Origin: an uncultured Planctomycetota bacterium
GTDB taxonomy: Bacteria > Planctomycetota > PLA2 > JAEUHO01
Assembly: GCA_963802335.1 (NCBI GenBank)
Contig: CAWDIE010000002.1
Span: 172,629-236,628, forward strand
Length of the DNA: 64,000 nt
Direction of reading: 5' to 3'
Below are positions 9,488-19,505 of the stretch, piece after piece (position 1 is the first letter of the stretch; each line of letters starts with the position of its first letter). The notes beneath the pieces were generated by a model. It was not told the DNA's origin and did not search any database. It saw nothing but the letters and a program-made list of their open reading frames with translations. The position numbers were made by a program, and so were the translations under genes.

Positions 9488-9525
9488 GGGGAGGGGGCCC
9501 CGACTCGATCACCTGACATCGCACG

Positions 9526-9560
9526 AAAACGCGCCCCGGCGGCAAGCCACCGGGGCGCGT
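9526..9560 (-). terminator. Rho-independent terminator of the HMA gene (possibly bidirectional)
   Basis: Stem ACGCGCCCCGG 9529-9539 pairs with CCGGGGCGCGT 9550-9560, with an inner GGC-AA-GCC pair; short T run on the minus strand; lies between convergent genes. Confidence 0.65.
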
Positions 9561-9586
9561 GGGTTGTTGGGTGCCTGGACGCGCGA

Positions 9587-10192
9587 TCAGCGCGTGGAAG
9601 GCGACGTCCGGCGGACCGGCGTGGAGCGGACGGTAACGGTCCGCGTGCGGGTCGGCTGGGCCGTGGCGGCCGCGGCCGTGGCCGGGAAGCCGGCACGGCG
9701 GCAGGCCCGGATCAGGCCGTTCTGGTTCGTGCGACGGTTGTCGTAGCTCACCTTGGCCACGTTGCGGCCACTGCACCTGACCTCACGAACACCGGGAACG
9801 CGGCGCAGCGCCGCCTTCACGCGTTCGGTGCCTCCCTGGCGGTCCATGTTGTTGACCGACAGGGTTACGTTCTTGACCGGAATCATCGAGGCCGAGTAGC
9901 CGACGCGTCGCACGGCCGAGACCAGCTCCTGGTTACAGGCCTGACCCTGACGGCGAACGACGGTGGCCTCGTCACGACGACGATCCACGGTAGCGGATTG
10001 AACACCACGCACACGGCGCAGCGCCGCGGTCACATCGACCGCGCAAGGGCCTCACCCCATCCCGCTGAGTTGAAGGTAGACACGCTCCGTCTTCACGACG
10101 GTACGTACAGTCGACGTCCCAGCCTCGGCGGCCGCCGCGAACGCGAGCGTCGCCGCGAGGCCGACGGCGGTGAGGATTCGAATACGAGCCAT
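9587..10192 (-). CDS. Candidate secreted heavy-metal-associated (HMA/CopZ/MerP-like) selenoprotein, two HMA domains (201 aa, Sec47 at TGA 10052-10054)
   Basis: ATG 10192 with GGGGAG RBS gives signal peptide MARIRILTAVGLAATLAFAAAAEA, then LQLSGMG-TGA-GPCAVDVTAALRRVRGV, i.e. GMxCxxC with the first Cys as TGA, in frame with ORF 9587..10033. Confidence 0.85.
10025..10043 (-). promoter_or_regulatory. Bacterial SECIS-like hairpin
   Basis: On the minus strand: TGA-GGCCCTTG-CGCGGTC-GATGT-GACCGCG, a 7-bp stem with a G-initiated loop just after the in-frame TGA. Confidence 0.6.
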
Positions 10193-10496
10193 GGGCTGTG
10201 ATCTCCCCGTGACATTTCACAAAGGCGGGGAGGTTACCCGTCCCGGCCGACGCTGATGTCGAAAAACCATGCGTGTTCCAAGCCAGAACCACCGTCGACC
10301 ACGAGCGCACTTCGTCTGAAACCCCGCTTCGTTCATGTTTCCTGAAGGTGTGAGGGGCTCCTTTGAAGTCGAACGCAACAGAGTCTGCACAACGTGGGGC
10401 TAGCTGCCGGCTGGCCCCCGTTCCTTCAGCGCTCATCCCCGATCGCGTTGCCGGTAACCGGGGCCGGTGCGCTCCACGGTAGACCCGCCGATGGTG

Positions 10497-11567
10497 TCAG
10501 GAGCGGACGCGCGAGCGGGGAATGACACGCTTCGGAGGTGGCGTCGCCTCGGCCGGGGGCTGCGAGTACGCCATCGGACGTGCTTCGGTCTCCAGGCCGG
10601 AAGTCCTGATCTCGCCCTCCTCGTCCGAGCTCCAGGTGAGCGCGAGCACCAAGGGGAAGGTGCCCAGCGAGACCAGCAGCATGAAGCCGCTGACCGCCTC
10701 CAGAGGAAGATGGAGCCAGCCCTGCGCCACGCGGACATAGTCGTTGGTGAGGCCGAAGGAGCCGTTCGTCATGTAGAGCGCGCGCGCTGACTCCGTGAAC
10801 GTCAGGCCGGCCGTCAGGACGACGTTGCGGACCAGCAGGAACCAGCCCACGCACGCGTAGAGGGGGCGTTCGGCCTCGTGCTCGATGGCCTCCCCGGTGC
10901 GGGCCCGCCAGAGGAAGATCCCGGCGAAGACCAGCTCGCCGAGGTGGCCGGAGAGCAGGAAGCCCACCTCGCGGATGCCCTCGAAGAACGTGAGCAGGGG
11001 CCAGAGGACCAGCAGGCCGATCGCAAGCGCGCCAAACCGCCCCTGCTGACGCGCGATCACGACACCCGCGACGAGGCCGAGGCCGATCAGCGCCATGATG
11101 ACGGGGTTTTGCGGCTGATGGAACGCCGCGGCGTGCCCGCGAAGGCTGATGGCCGGCCACGCGGGGCAGCCTACGAACCACGAATAGACCACGTGCCCGG
11201 TCTCGTGGAAGAGAGAGCCGATGAACCAACCCATGAAGCGAAGCGTCGGCGTGAGGGTGAACGCGAGTGCCAGAACCATGCCGATGATCAGGTACCGCCA
11301 CCCGACTGCGATCTGCGGGCCCCGCCGCCGAATCGCCGCAGGCAGGGCGACCTCCAGGTGCGGCCGTCCCGGCGTCGTCCAGACCTGGCCGGGCGCGGGA
11401 GGAGGCGACGCCGCGTACACCGACGTCGGGGACACCGGCGCGGGGGCGGCGGACGCGGGAGGGCCATCCAGGTGCGACGCGCGGCCGCGTAGTACACCGC
11501 AGAGGCCGCAGTGGGTGGCGTCCTCCTCGTCTCGTGCGTAGCCGCAGGTGGTGCAGGGGGTGCCCAT
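10497..11567 (-). CDS. Zinc-ribbon membrane protein with HExxH (M50/site-2 metalloprotease-like)
   Basis: N-terminal CTTC...CGLC; LFHETGH within a hydrophobic segment; several TM helices; TND candidate third ligand. Confidence 0.72.
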   Translation of the reverse strand: MGTPCTTCGYARDEEDATHCGLCGVLRGRASHLDGPPASAAPAPVSPTSVYAASPPPAPGQVWTTPGRPHLEVALPAAIRRRGPQIAVGWRYLIIGMVLALAFTLTPTLRFMGWFIGSLFHETGHVVYSWFVGCPAWPAISLRGHAAAFHQPQNPVIMALIGLGLVAGVVIARQQGRFGALAIGLLVLWPLLTFFEGIREVGFLLSGHLGELVFAGIFLWRARTGEAIEHEAERPLYACVGWFLLVRNVVLTAGLTFTESARALYMTNGSFGLTNDYVRVAQGWLHLPLEAVSGFMLLVSLGTFPLVLALTWSSDEEGEIRTSGLETEARPMAYSQPPAEATPPPKRVIPRSRVRS

Positions 11568-11643
11568 CGAGTACCTGATCGACCGGCGGGGGCCTGTGAG
11601 TCAATGAACTCTCAACCGGCTGCGAAGGGCTCCTTGACCTGAC

Positions 11644-12351
11644 CTAGCGTGATCCAGTATCCGAGGCGATCGCCTCCGCGATGGCCACGCCCGACGACGT
11701 ACCGAGTCGGGTTGCGCCGGCTTGAAGCATGGTGCGAGCTGCTGCGAGCGTGCGAATGCCTCCCGAGGCCTTGACGCCGAGATCGGGGCCGACCGTGCGG
11801 CGGAGCAGGCGAACCGCCTGTACCGAGGCCCCGCCGGCACCGAATCCGGTCGACGTTTTCACGAACGCGACGCCCGCGTCCTGAGCCACGCGCGCCGCGC
11901 GCACGACCTCGTCCTCCTCGAGCTGGGCGGTCTCCAGGATTGCCTTCACCCCTCGACCCTCCGCCGCTTCGACGACGGCCCTCACATCCTCGGCGACCGC
12001 CCTCCAGTCGCCTTCCTTGAGGCGGCCCAGCGGGACGACCATGTCGATCTCGTCGGCACCGAGCCGAACGGCATCACGGGCCTCGAAGGCCTTGGTCGCC
12101 GTCGTCGTCGCGCCTAGTGGAAATCCCACCACCGCGACGGCTCGCACGGCAGATCCACCCAGCGCCTCATGCACCCGTTGGATCCACGACGAGGCGACGC
12201 AGACCCCGGCAAAGCCGTACACGAGCGCCTCTCGGCACAAGCGATCGACATCCACCGACGTCGTATCGGCTCGAAGCGCTGTGTGGTCGATCGTCGCCAG
12301 CAAGGACGACGCTTCACCCGCCTCCGGCGGCACGCGGCTTTCGCTCGGCAA
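11644..12351 (-). CDS. deoC: Deoxyribose-phosphate aldolase
   Basis: IDHTAL, VGFPLG, GADEIDMV, KAILET, VKTSTGF, VKASGGIR and RLGTSSG motifs. TTG start chosen from the GGAGGAG RBS. Confidence 0.95.
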   Translation of the reverse strand: MPSESRVPPEAGEASSLLATIDHTALRADTTSVDVDRLCREALVYGFAGVCVASSWIQRVHEALGGSAVRAVAVVGFPLGATTTATKAFEARDAVRLGADEIDMVVPLGRLKEGDWRAVAEDVRAVVEAAEGRGVKAILETAQLEEDEVVRAARVAQDAGVAFVKTSTGFGAGGASVQAVRLLRRTVGPDLGVKASGGIRTLAAARTMLQAGATRLGTSSGVAIAEAIASDTGSR

Positions 12352-12653
12352 CCTCGCGCTCCTCCTCCGTGCAACACGCTCCTCCGTGCGACACGCATGC
12401 ACAGGAGCTTAGGAGTACCACGTGACCACGTCCGCCTTCCAAGGAAGGCGTAGGTCCAGGCCCGACTAGCGCCTTGCCAGCCCTGAGGTCGCCCTGAGGT
12501 GGCCCCCAGGTGGGACCCGTGTGGCCACGGGGGGCGCACGGGTTGCCCAAGGGTCGCGTCGACATGGTCCCGGGGATGGTCCTGAGCTGACCCTCTCGTA
12601 ACCACCGCTGACCCTCAGCGGGCCGGGCCGGGCTCCTGTCTGATCTTCCCTCG

Positions 12654-12990
12654 CTATGGCGGATCCGGGTCGGATGGCGGGCGGGTGTGCGGCCGTCGCG
12701 GGGCTTGGGTGGCCTGCGAGGCCTGCAGGGCCCGCGAGGCTTGCGGGGCCTGCGCGGCCTGCTCGCAGCGGGGGGGGGGCGCGGGTGCGACGGCCATGGC
12801 CTCGGGCTGGGGCTCGTAGCGGATCTTGCGGCGATCGGCGCGGATGAAGGGCACGAACAAGACACGAGCAAGCGGGGCCGACACCCCCGAGAGGCCTGAT
12901 ACATGGGGGCGGGGGCGCCGCCACCTCTGCCTCCGCGCCCGACCCGCGCTTCTGCTTCTTGCCGCGGCGCGTCGCTACGACGCTCGACAC
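12654..12990 (-). other. Possible small hypothetical protein, apparently frameshifted near the C-run at about 12905
   Basis: Plausible peptide pieces in two frames (SSVVATRRGKKQKRG... and ...LARVLFVPFIRADRRKIRYEPQP...QAPQASRALQASQATQAP); no recognisable family. Confidence 0.25.
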
Positions 12991-13090
12991 GTCGATGCGA
13001 CCCGGACGCCCAACCGGCTACATCGAAGATAGGAATCTTCGCTTTCCCGACGCGCGCCATCGACCGACGCAACCGTCCTACCCCACCGTC

Positions 13091-14245
13091 CTACGCCATG
13101 GACCGGATGCGCCGCGCGGCGTCGACCACCCACGACGCCGCGCGACGCACCTCGTCCTGCGTCGTGCGGCGGCCGAGGACGAAGCGGACGCTCGAGTCCG
13201 CCGAAGTCTTGTCCACGCCCATGGCTCGAAGTACCGGGGATGGCTCCATCGTGGCGCTCGCGCACGCCGACCCCGTTCCGAACGCGACCTTGCCTGCGCC
13301 GAGAAGGAGGGCTTCGGCCTCGACGCCGGGGAGGGTCAACGTGGAGACGTCGGGCAGCCGGGCCGAAATGCTGCCGAGGATCGTCGTGCCGTCGACGCCG
13401 TCGACGACGGCCCCCTCGAGATGGTCGCGCAGGCCCGCCACCCGGATGCTGTCCTCCTGCCTCTCCTCGCGCGCGATCTCGGCCGCGCGGCCCAGCCCCA
13501 CGGCGCCAGGCACGTTCAGCGCGCCACCGCGCCGGCCCCTTTCGCCACCGCCGCCATGGATGAGCGGCTCGAGCCGCACGCGCGGCTTGCGGCCGCGGAC
13601 GTAGAGGGCACCAATACCCTTCGGACCGAAGAGCCGTCCACCGGAGAGGCTCAGCAGATCCACGGCGAGGTCTTGGACATCCAAAGCGATCCAGGCGGCC
13701 GCGGCGGCGGCGTCGGTGTGGAGGTAGGCGGGATGGTCGGCTAGCGCGGTGGCCAGTTCCGCAAGAGGTTGGAGGGTTCCGACCTCATGGTTGGCGATCT
13801 GCAGCGAAACCAGGATCGTGTCGTCGCGAAGCGCTTCCAGGATGGCGTCGATGTCGATCCGCCCCTGCGCGTCCGACCCTACGGCCGAGACCTCGAAGCC
13901 CCGCTTGGCTAGCCACGCACAACTCTCACGGACCGACGCCCGCTCGATCACCGACGTGATGACGTGCCGTCCACGCGCCTCCCGGGCCCAGGCCGTGCCC
14001 TTGATCGCGAGGTTGTCGGCCTCGGCCCCGCCCGACGTGAAGACGACGTCCCGGGGCGCGGCTCCGATGAGATCCGCCACGTGTGCCCGGGCGGTCTCCA
14101 CGGCTTGCTCGGCGTCCCAGCCGAACGCGTGCTGCCCGCTCGCGGGGTTGCCGTAGCGGTCGGCCAGGAACGGGGCCATGGCCTCGAGTACCCGTGGATC
14201 GACGGGGCTGGCGGCCTGATGATCGAGGTAGACGAAGTCCTTCAT
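13091..14245 (-). CDS. IscS/NifS-family cysteine desulfurase homolog with a degenerate PLP site
   Basis: YLDH, YGNPAS, FTSGGAEADNLAIKG, NHEVG, GPKGIGALY and GSAC are conserved, but SGHK reads SGGR, EH reads ER and DAxQ reads DAAA. Confidence 0.88.
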   Translation of the reverse strand: MKDFVYLDHQAASPVDPRVLEAMAPFLADRYGNPASGQHAFGWDAEQAVETARAHVADLIGAAPRDVVFTSGGAEADNLAIKGTAWAREARGRHVITSVIERASVRESCAWLAKRGFEVSAVGSDAQGRIDIDAILEALRDDTILVSLQIANHEVGTLQPLAELATALADHPAYLHTDAAAAAAWIALDVQDLAVDLLSLSGGRLFGPKGIGALYVRGRKPRVRLEPLIHGGGGERGRRGGALNVPGAVGLGRAAEIAREERQEDSIRVAGLRDHLEGAVVDGVDGTTILGSISARLPDVSTLTLPGVEAEALLLGAGKVAFGTGSACASATMEPSPVLRAMGVDKTSADSSVRFVLGRRTTQDEVRRAASWVVDAARRIRSMA

Positions 14246-14334
14246 GCATCCGGAGGATACGCCCTGGCAGGGCGGATCCCGCCCCCCGGCTACAATCGGG
14301 GAACTGCAGTCATCCCTCGCGAGGTACGTCGCCC

Positions 14335-14664
14335 ATGTCCATCACACTCACCCCCAAGGCCGCCGAGAAGGTGCGCCAACTCATGACCCAGCCCGACCAG
14401 GAGGGCGCGACGGGCCTCCGTGTCAAGGTGGTCGGCGGTGGGTGTTCGGGCCTCAGCTACAACATCGCCCTGGAGCGCGAGGCCGGGGACGGCGACAAGG
14501 TCATCGAGTCCGAGGGGATCACGATCTACATCGATCCCAAGAGCGACCTGTTCATCAACGGCACGAAGATCGACTACCACGAGTCCATGATGGGCTCCGG
14601 CTTCGCGTTCGAGAATCCCAACGCAACCGGTGGCTGTGGTTGCGGCAGCTCCTTCAGCGCCTGA
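14335..14664 (+). CDS. iscA: A-type Fe-S cluster carrier (IscA/ErpA/HesB family)
   Basis: GGGCSGLSY and NPNATGGCGCGSSF motifs. Confidence 0.95.
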   Translation: MSITLTPKAAEKVRQLMTQPDQEGATGLRVKVVGGGCSGLSYNIALEREAGDGDKVIESEGITIYIDPKSDLFINGTKIDYHESMMGSGFAFENPNATGGCGCGSSFSA

Positions 14665-14665
14665 C

Positions 14666-15280
14666 TTGAGTACGGCGCTCAAGCACTTCCTCGAGCGGGC
14701 GGCGGCCGACCATCTGGGGTCGTTCGACCTGTGGTTCCCCTCCTGCTTCGCTTGGCGGGCACTCTGCGCCGATTTGCCCGCCATGCTCGAAGCGAGCGGG
14801 CGCCCTCTGCCCGAGGACGAAGCCGATACGCGGGACCTCGTGGCGACGGCAGGCGCCGTGTTCCGTGCCGGGCACCTCTTCACGCTCGTGGTGCTCGCCG
14901 CGGCCGCCGAAGGGCAGCGCGATCCCCAAGAGGTGCTCGACCACTTGACCGGGAGTCTCGACGACGACGAAGAGGCCCACTTCGAGGCCGCTGTGGGCGA
15001 GGCCCTCGGCGACGTCGAAGCGCTTCTCCTCGATGCCAGCCCGCCTGCCGCGAGCGAGACGGCGCAGGAGGCGGCGCAACTCGTGCGGGTCTCCTGGCCG
15101 GCGGTGGAGCACCTGCTCGGGAGCGATGAGGGCCGACTGTTCGAGCAGGCCGGAGAGGCCGCGCCCCTGCTCTGGAGCATGGCGCGCGTCGGAGCCATCC
15201 TCGCTGCGTTTCGCTGGATGGCGGCTGCGGCCCTGGTCGACGACTGGCCGCAGCTCGAGCCGGGCGAACCGGCCGCTTGA
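14666..15280 (+). CDS. Hypothetical acidic helical protein
   Basis: TTG start 1 nt after the iscA stop; open frame with typical codon usage; no motif recognised. Confidence 0.6.
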   Translation: MSTALKHFLERAAADHLGSFDLWFPSCFAWRALCADLPAMLEASGRPLPEDEADTRDLVATAGAVFRAGHLFTLVVLAAAAEGQRDPQEVLDHLTGSLDDDEEAHFEAAVGEALGDVEALLLDASPPAASETAQEAAQLVRVSWPAVEHLLGSDEGRLFEQAGEAAPLLWSMARVGAILAAFRWMAAAALVDDWPQLEPGEPAA

Positions 15281-15444
15281 TCCCGGCGGGGCCCGTGTCC
15301 GTGGATCCCCGCCTTGCCCCGACGGACGGTCGGCCCACGCGCGTCCCCGGGCCCGCCACCCGGCGGGGGTGACGGGGGGGCGCGACACCGGCGCGGACGC
15401 GGGTAGCATTCCCCTCCTCCGAAATTCCTTAGCGAGAGAGATCC

Positions 15445-16416
15445 ATGAGCGAGACCCAGGTCGAGAAGGTCACCATCATCGGTAGCGGGCCCGCCGGCTG
15501 GACCGCGGCCATCTACGCAGCCCGCGCCTCGCTGGATCCCCTCGTGTACGAGGGCGCGCCGAGCCAGCAGATGATCCCCGGCGGTCAGTTGATGTTCACC
15601 ACCGAGGTGGAGAACTACCCCGGCTTCCCCGATGGGGTCGATGGCAAGGAGATGATGAAGCTCTTTCGCGACCAGGCGGCCCGCTTCGACACCCGCATCG
15701 TGACCGACGACATCGTCGAGGTGGACTTCAGCCAGCGCCCCTTCACGCTCAAGAGCGGCGAGGGGTACGAGATCAAGACGCACACCGTCATCATCGCGAC
15801 CGGTGCGAAGGCCAAGTGGCTGTGGCTCGACAACGAGCAGCGACTGGCTCAGTCCGGTGGGGGCGTCTCGGCCTGTGCCGTGTGCGACGGCGCACTGCCG
15901 GCGTTCCGTGACCAGCACCTGGTGGTCGTCGGTGGCGGGGACACCGCCATGGAAGAAGCCCACTACCTGACCAAGTTCGCCTCGAAGGTGACGATCGTCC
16001 ACCGTCGCGACGAGCTGCGTGCCAGCAAGATCATGCAGGACCGCATCCTCAAGAGCCCCAAGGTCGATGTGGCGTGGAACAGCCAGGTGACCGACGTGTT
16101 CGGGGATCCTGTCATCTCGGGGGTCGAACTCACGGACACGCAGACGGGTGAGAAGCGCAATCTCGACTGCAAGGGCCTGTTCATCGCGATCGGCCACGAG
16201 CCCAACACCAAGTTCTTGGGTGGGGCGATCACCACCGACGAAGATGGCTATCTCGTTCTGGAGGACGTAGCCAAGACCACCACGAACGTCGACGGCGTGT
16301 TCGCCGTCGGCGACGTGACGGACAAGGTGTACCGTCAGGCCGTCACCGCCGCGGGCATGGGATGCAAGGGCGCCCTGGACGCGGAGCGTTGGCTGGCAGC
16401 TCAGGGCATCGAGTAG
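15445..16416 (+). CDS. trxB: Thioredoxin-disulfide reductase
   Basis: IIGSGPAG, GGQL..TTEVENYPG, CAVCDG, GGGDTAMEEA, HRRD and YRQAVTAAG motifs. Confidence 0.97.
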   Translation: MSETQVEKVTIIGSGPAGWTAAIYAARASLDPLVYEGAPSQQMIPGGQLMFTTEVENYPGFPDGVDGKEMMKLFRDQAARFDTRIVTDDIVEVDFSQRPFTLKSGEGYEIKTHTVIIATGAKAKWLWLDNEQRLAQSGGGVSACAVCDGALPAFRDQHLVVVGGGDTAMEEAHYLTKFASKVTIVHRRDELRASKIMQDRILKSPKVDVAWNSQVTDVFGDPVISGVELTDTQTGEKRNLDCKGLFIAIGHEPNTKFLGGAITTDEDGYLVLEDVAKTTTNVDGVFAVGDVTDKVYRQAVTAAGMGCKGALDAERWLAAQGIE

Positions 16417-16445
16417 CGCCGCCCCGTACCTCGACGCAGCCTCGT

Positions 16446-17652
16446 CTACGGCATCGGGACGAGCGAGTAGATCTTGCCGCCTTCGTACGAGCAGACGTAG
16501 AGGTCTCCGTTGGCGTCCTCGGCCAGGGACGACGGGCTCTGCACCTTCGCCACGGTGCGGAAGTCCCGTCCCTGCCCCGAGGAGACGTCGATGGTGTAGA
16601 TGGAGCCGCGCCCGATGTCGGGCCAGACGTAGCGACCCTTCAGCGTCGGGCAGCGGGGGCCACGGCTGATCACCCCCCCGATGCCCGCGGTGAGGTCGTC
16701 ACCGTCGTCGCGGAGGTACTCGAAGACGGGCTTCACGAACGCCTGACCCTGTAGATTCGCGGGAATCGGTTCCATCGGCCGCGTGCCCTCGAAGAAGGGC
16801 CACCCGTGGTTCTTGCCCTTCTCGATCCGGATCACGGACTCGTGGCATCCCGGCCCCTTGGTCGCCGGCTCCGTCGTCCAGAGGTTGCCCTGGGCGTCGA
16901 ACGAGCAGCGCCAGGGATTGCGCATGCCGTAGGCCCAGATCTCCCGGCGCACCCCTTGCTGGACCGTGGCCCACGGGTTGTCGGCGGGAATTGCGTACGG
17001 CAGTCCGGGATCGTTGCGGTTCACGTCCAGCCGCAGGATCTTCCCCAGCAGGTTGTTGGGGTTCTGGGACGTCTGGACGGCTTCCTTCTGCTTGGCGTTG
17101 TCCCCCGTGCTCATCCACAGCATGCCGTCGGGGCCGAACGCCAGCCAGCTGCCGTTGTGCATCGCGAGGCTCTTCGGGACGTAGAGCAGCGCGCGCTCCG
17201 TGGCGACGTCACACGCCTGCCCGTTGGTGCGGAACTCGGACAGCACCACGTGGAAGCCCTGCTGCGGGTTGCCCATCACGTAGGTGACGTAGATCTTGCG
17301 ATTCTGGGCGTACTGGGGGTGGAACGCGAGGCACTGCAGACCGCCCTGGGCTCGCGGGAAGACCTTGGCCGACAGGTCGAGAAAGAGCGACGGCTGCGGC
17401 ACGGGACCCTGACCCGACCACGAGGCGATGCGCTTGACCTTGCCGCCCTGTTCGAGGACGACCCAGGCGCCACGGCCTCCGGGCTCGGGCACGATCACCA
17501 TGGGCTTTTCGAACGTGACGCCCGGCCACGTCTCCGCGAGGCCGATGCCGCCGAGGGGCTCCGGGTCGGCGGCACGCGCCGGCGTGGCCAAGGCCAGCAC
17601 CGCCGACGATGGCGATCGAGAGGAGGGCGAGACGCGGGGGCGAGACCGGCAT
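16446..17652 (-). CDS. PQQ-dependent sugar dehydrogenase (glucose/sorbosone dehydrogenase beta-propeller), secreted; probable 1-nt frameshift near 17604
   Basis: AFHPQY, HNG..LAFGPDGML, GKILRLDV and WAYGMRNPWR motifs. Removing one G joins signal peptide MPVSPPRLALLSIAIV to AVLALATPARA-ADPE. Confidence 0.85.
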
Positions 17653-17837
17653 GGGCAATGGCTCCGGGGAAGGCCCGCATCCTACCGAGTGGGTCGGGTC
17701 GGGACGACCGGCCCCGCGCAAGCGGCCCGGGAGGCCGCACACACCGCGAAGCGGACCGGGAAACGGGTCCGGACCCAGCGGCGGTCCTGCTACCCTCACT
17801 TCCCAAGCGTCGGTCGGCGTGGACCGGGAGGGCCGGC

Positions 17838-18338
17838 TTGTACTTCGAGTTCGCCAATGTCCTGGTTTTCGCCCTCCTCGGCGCGGCATTCGTCGTCGGC
17901 AGCCTGCTGCTCGGTCGTCTGCTCCTGCGCCCGGCGTCCACCGATGTCGGCGGCAAGCGCGAGATCTACGAGTGCGGCGAGCCGACCGTCGGTCCCGCCT
18001 GGCTGCGCTTCGACATCCGCTTCTACACCGTCGCCCTGATGTTCGTGGTCTTCGACGTCGAAGTGGCGCTCCTCTTCCCCTGGGCCACGGTCTTCAGGTC
18101 CTTCGTGGAGGAGGGCTTGGGGTGGTTGGCGTTCGCCGAGGTGGCCGTTTTCCTTCTGATTCTCGTGTCGGGCCTCGCCTACGTGTGGGCCCGGGGCGAC
18201 ATCGACTGGACCCCCAAGCCAGGTGTGTCGCCCCGGACGACCGATTTCAGCCGCCGCCCCGAGCGGGCCGGGCGCGTGGTCGCCCCGCCCCGGGCGCCCG
18301 TGAGCGCCACGTCCACGCCGGAGGCCCGCGATGCCTGA
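17838..18338 (+). CDS. nuoA: NADH-quinone oxidoreductase subunit A
   Basis: [20 protein letters not shown] and PWA motifs; TTG start after GGGAGG. Confidence 0.95.
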   Translation: MYFEFANVLVFALLGAAFVVGSLLLGRLLLRPASTDVGGKREIYECGEPTVGPAWLRFDIRFYTVALMFVVFDVEVALLFPWATVFRSFVEEGLGWLAFAEVAVFLLILVSGLAYVWARGDIDWTPKPGVSPRTTDFSRRPERAGRVVAPPRAPVSATSTPEARDA

Positions 18339-18933
18339 CGCGGCCCCCGACGTCCCCTTCGACCCGGAGCTCGAAGCCACCGTCGCGCTGACCAAGCTCG
18401 AGTGGCTGCGCGGGTGGGGGCGACGCAACGCCTTGTGGCCCGTGTCCTTCGGCCTGGCTTGTTGCGCCATGGAGATGATGGCGACGGCCTCCACGAAGTA
18501 CGACCTGGACCGGTTCGGAGCCGGCGTATTCCGCGCCTCCCCTCGGCAGAGCGACGTCATGATCGTGGCGGGTACGGTCACCCACAAGATGGCCGCCCGG
18601 GTGAAGCGCCTCTACGACCAGATGCCGGACCCCAAGTACGTGATCGCCATGGGCGCATGCACCGTCGGCGGCGGCCCGTACGTGAAGTACGGCTATCACG
18701 TCGTGCAGGGCGTGGACCTCGTCGTGCCCGTCGACATCTACCTCCCGGGCTGCCCCCCGCGCCCCGAGGCCTTGATCGACGCGATCCGCAAGCTCCAGTT
18801 CCGTATCGCGGAGAGAGGGAGCGCCACCCTCGACCCCGAGGTGGTCGAGACGAGTCGTGCGCACGCCCGGCGGATGGCCGCGACCGGCGGCGTGCCGCCG
18901 GCGGTGCTGCCCGGTGGGAAGGGCGACCGATGA
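18331..18933 (+). CDS. nuoB: NADH-quinone oxidoreductase subunit B
   Basis: [21 protein letters not shown] and [10 protein letters not shown] motifs. Confidence 0.97.
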   Translation: MPDAAPDVPFDPELEATVALTKLEWLRGWGRRNALWPVSFGLACCAMEMMATASTKYDLDRFGAGVFRASPRQSDVMIVAGTVTHKMAARVKRLYDQMPDPKYVIAMGACTVGGGPYVKYGYHVVQGVDLVVPVDIYLPGCPPRPEALIDAIRKLQFRIAERGSATLDPEVVETSRAHARRMAATGGVPPAVLPGGKGDR

Positions 18934-19505
18934 GCAAGGTCCGGGAGGACACGCCGGCGCCCACCCCGGACCCCGTCACCGAGGCGGCCGCGGCTCGACT
19001 CGAGGCGTCCTTGCCGGATGCCGTGCTCGACGTCGTGTCGACGGGCCGGCACCCGAGCATCACCATTCGGCCGGAGTCGCTCCGCGACGTCTGCTTCCTC
19101 CTCCGGGACGACCCGGCGCTGCTCTACGACTGCTGTCACCTCGTGTCCGGGGTGGATTGGCCGGCCACCGAAGAGATCGAGGTCGTCTATCACCTCGTCA
19201 GCTACGCCCGGAAGACCGACGCGGCCTACCGGGCGCGTGCCGAGAAGAACGACGGGTGGATCTGCGTGAAGGCGCGCGTCCCGCGCTCGGCCCCCTCGAT
19301 CGCCAGCGTGGCCGACATCTGGACCGGCGCCGACTGGCACGAGCGCGAGACCTTCGATCTCCTCGGTGTTCGCTTCACGGGACGCGCTGAACTGCGTCGC
19401 ATCTTGCTTCCCGAGGACTGGCCGGGTCACCCCCTGCGCAAGGACTGGGACTTCCCGGTGGCCTACCACGGCGTACCCATCATTCCGCCGGAGGCCCAAC
19501 CGTGA
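18930..19505 (+). CDS. nuoC: NADH-quinone oxidoreductase subunit C
   Basis: [20 protein letters not shown] and GHPLRKD motifs. Confidence 0.95.
   Translation: MSKVREDTPAPTPDPVTEAAAARLEASLPDAVLDVVSTGRHPSITIRPESLRDVCFLLRDDPALLYDCCHLVSGVDWPATEEIEVVYHLVSYARKTDAAYRARAEKNDGWICVKARVPRSAPSIASVADIWTGADWHERETFDLLGVRFTGRAELRRILLPEDWPGHPLRKDWDFPVAYHGVPIIPPEAQP

Noticed and set aside
9326-10054. Genome-wide TGA reassignment (Trp or Gly) as the explanation for the in-frame TGAs
   Set aside because: TGA is the normal stop of many genes here (dut, iscA, nuoD, thiI) and long genes contain no internal TGA.
10264-10284. Sigma54-like promoter upstream of the HMA gene (TGGAAC-ACGCA-TGGT)
   Set aside because: The invariant -12 GC is missing.
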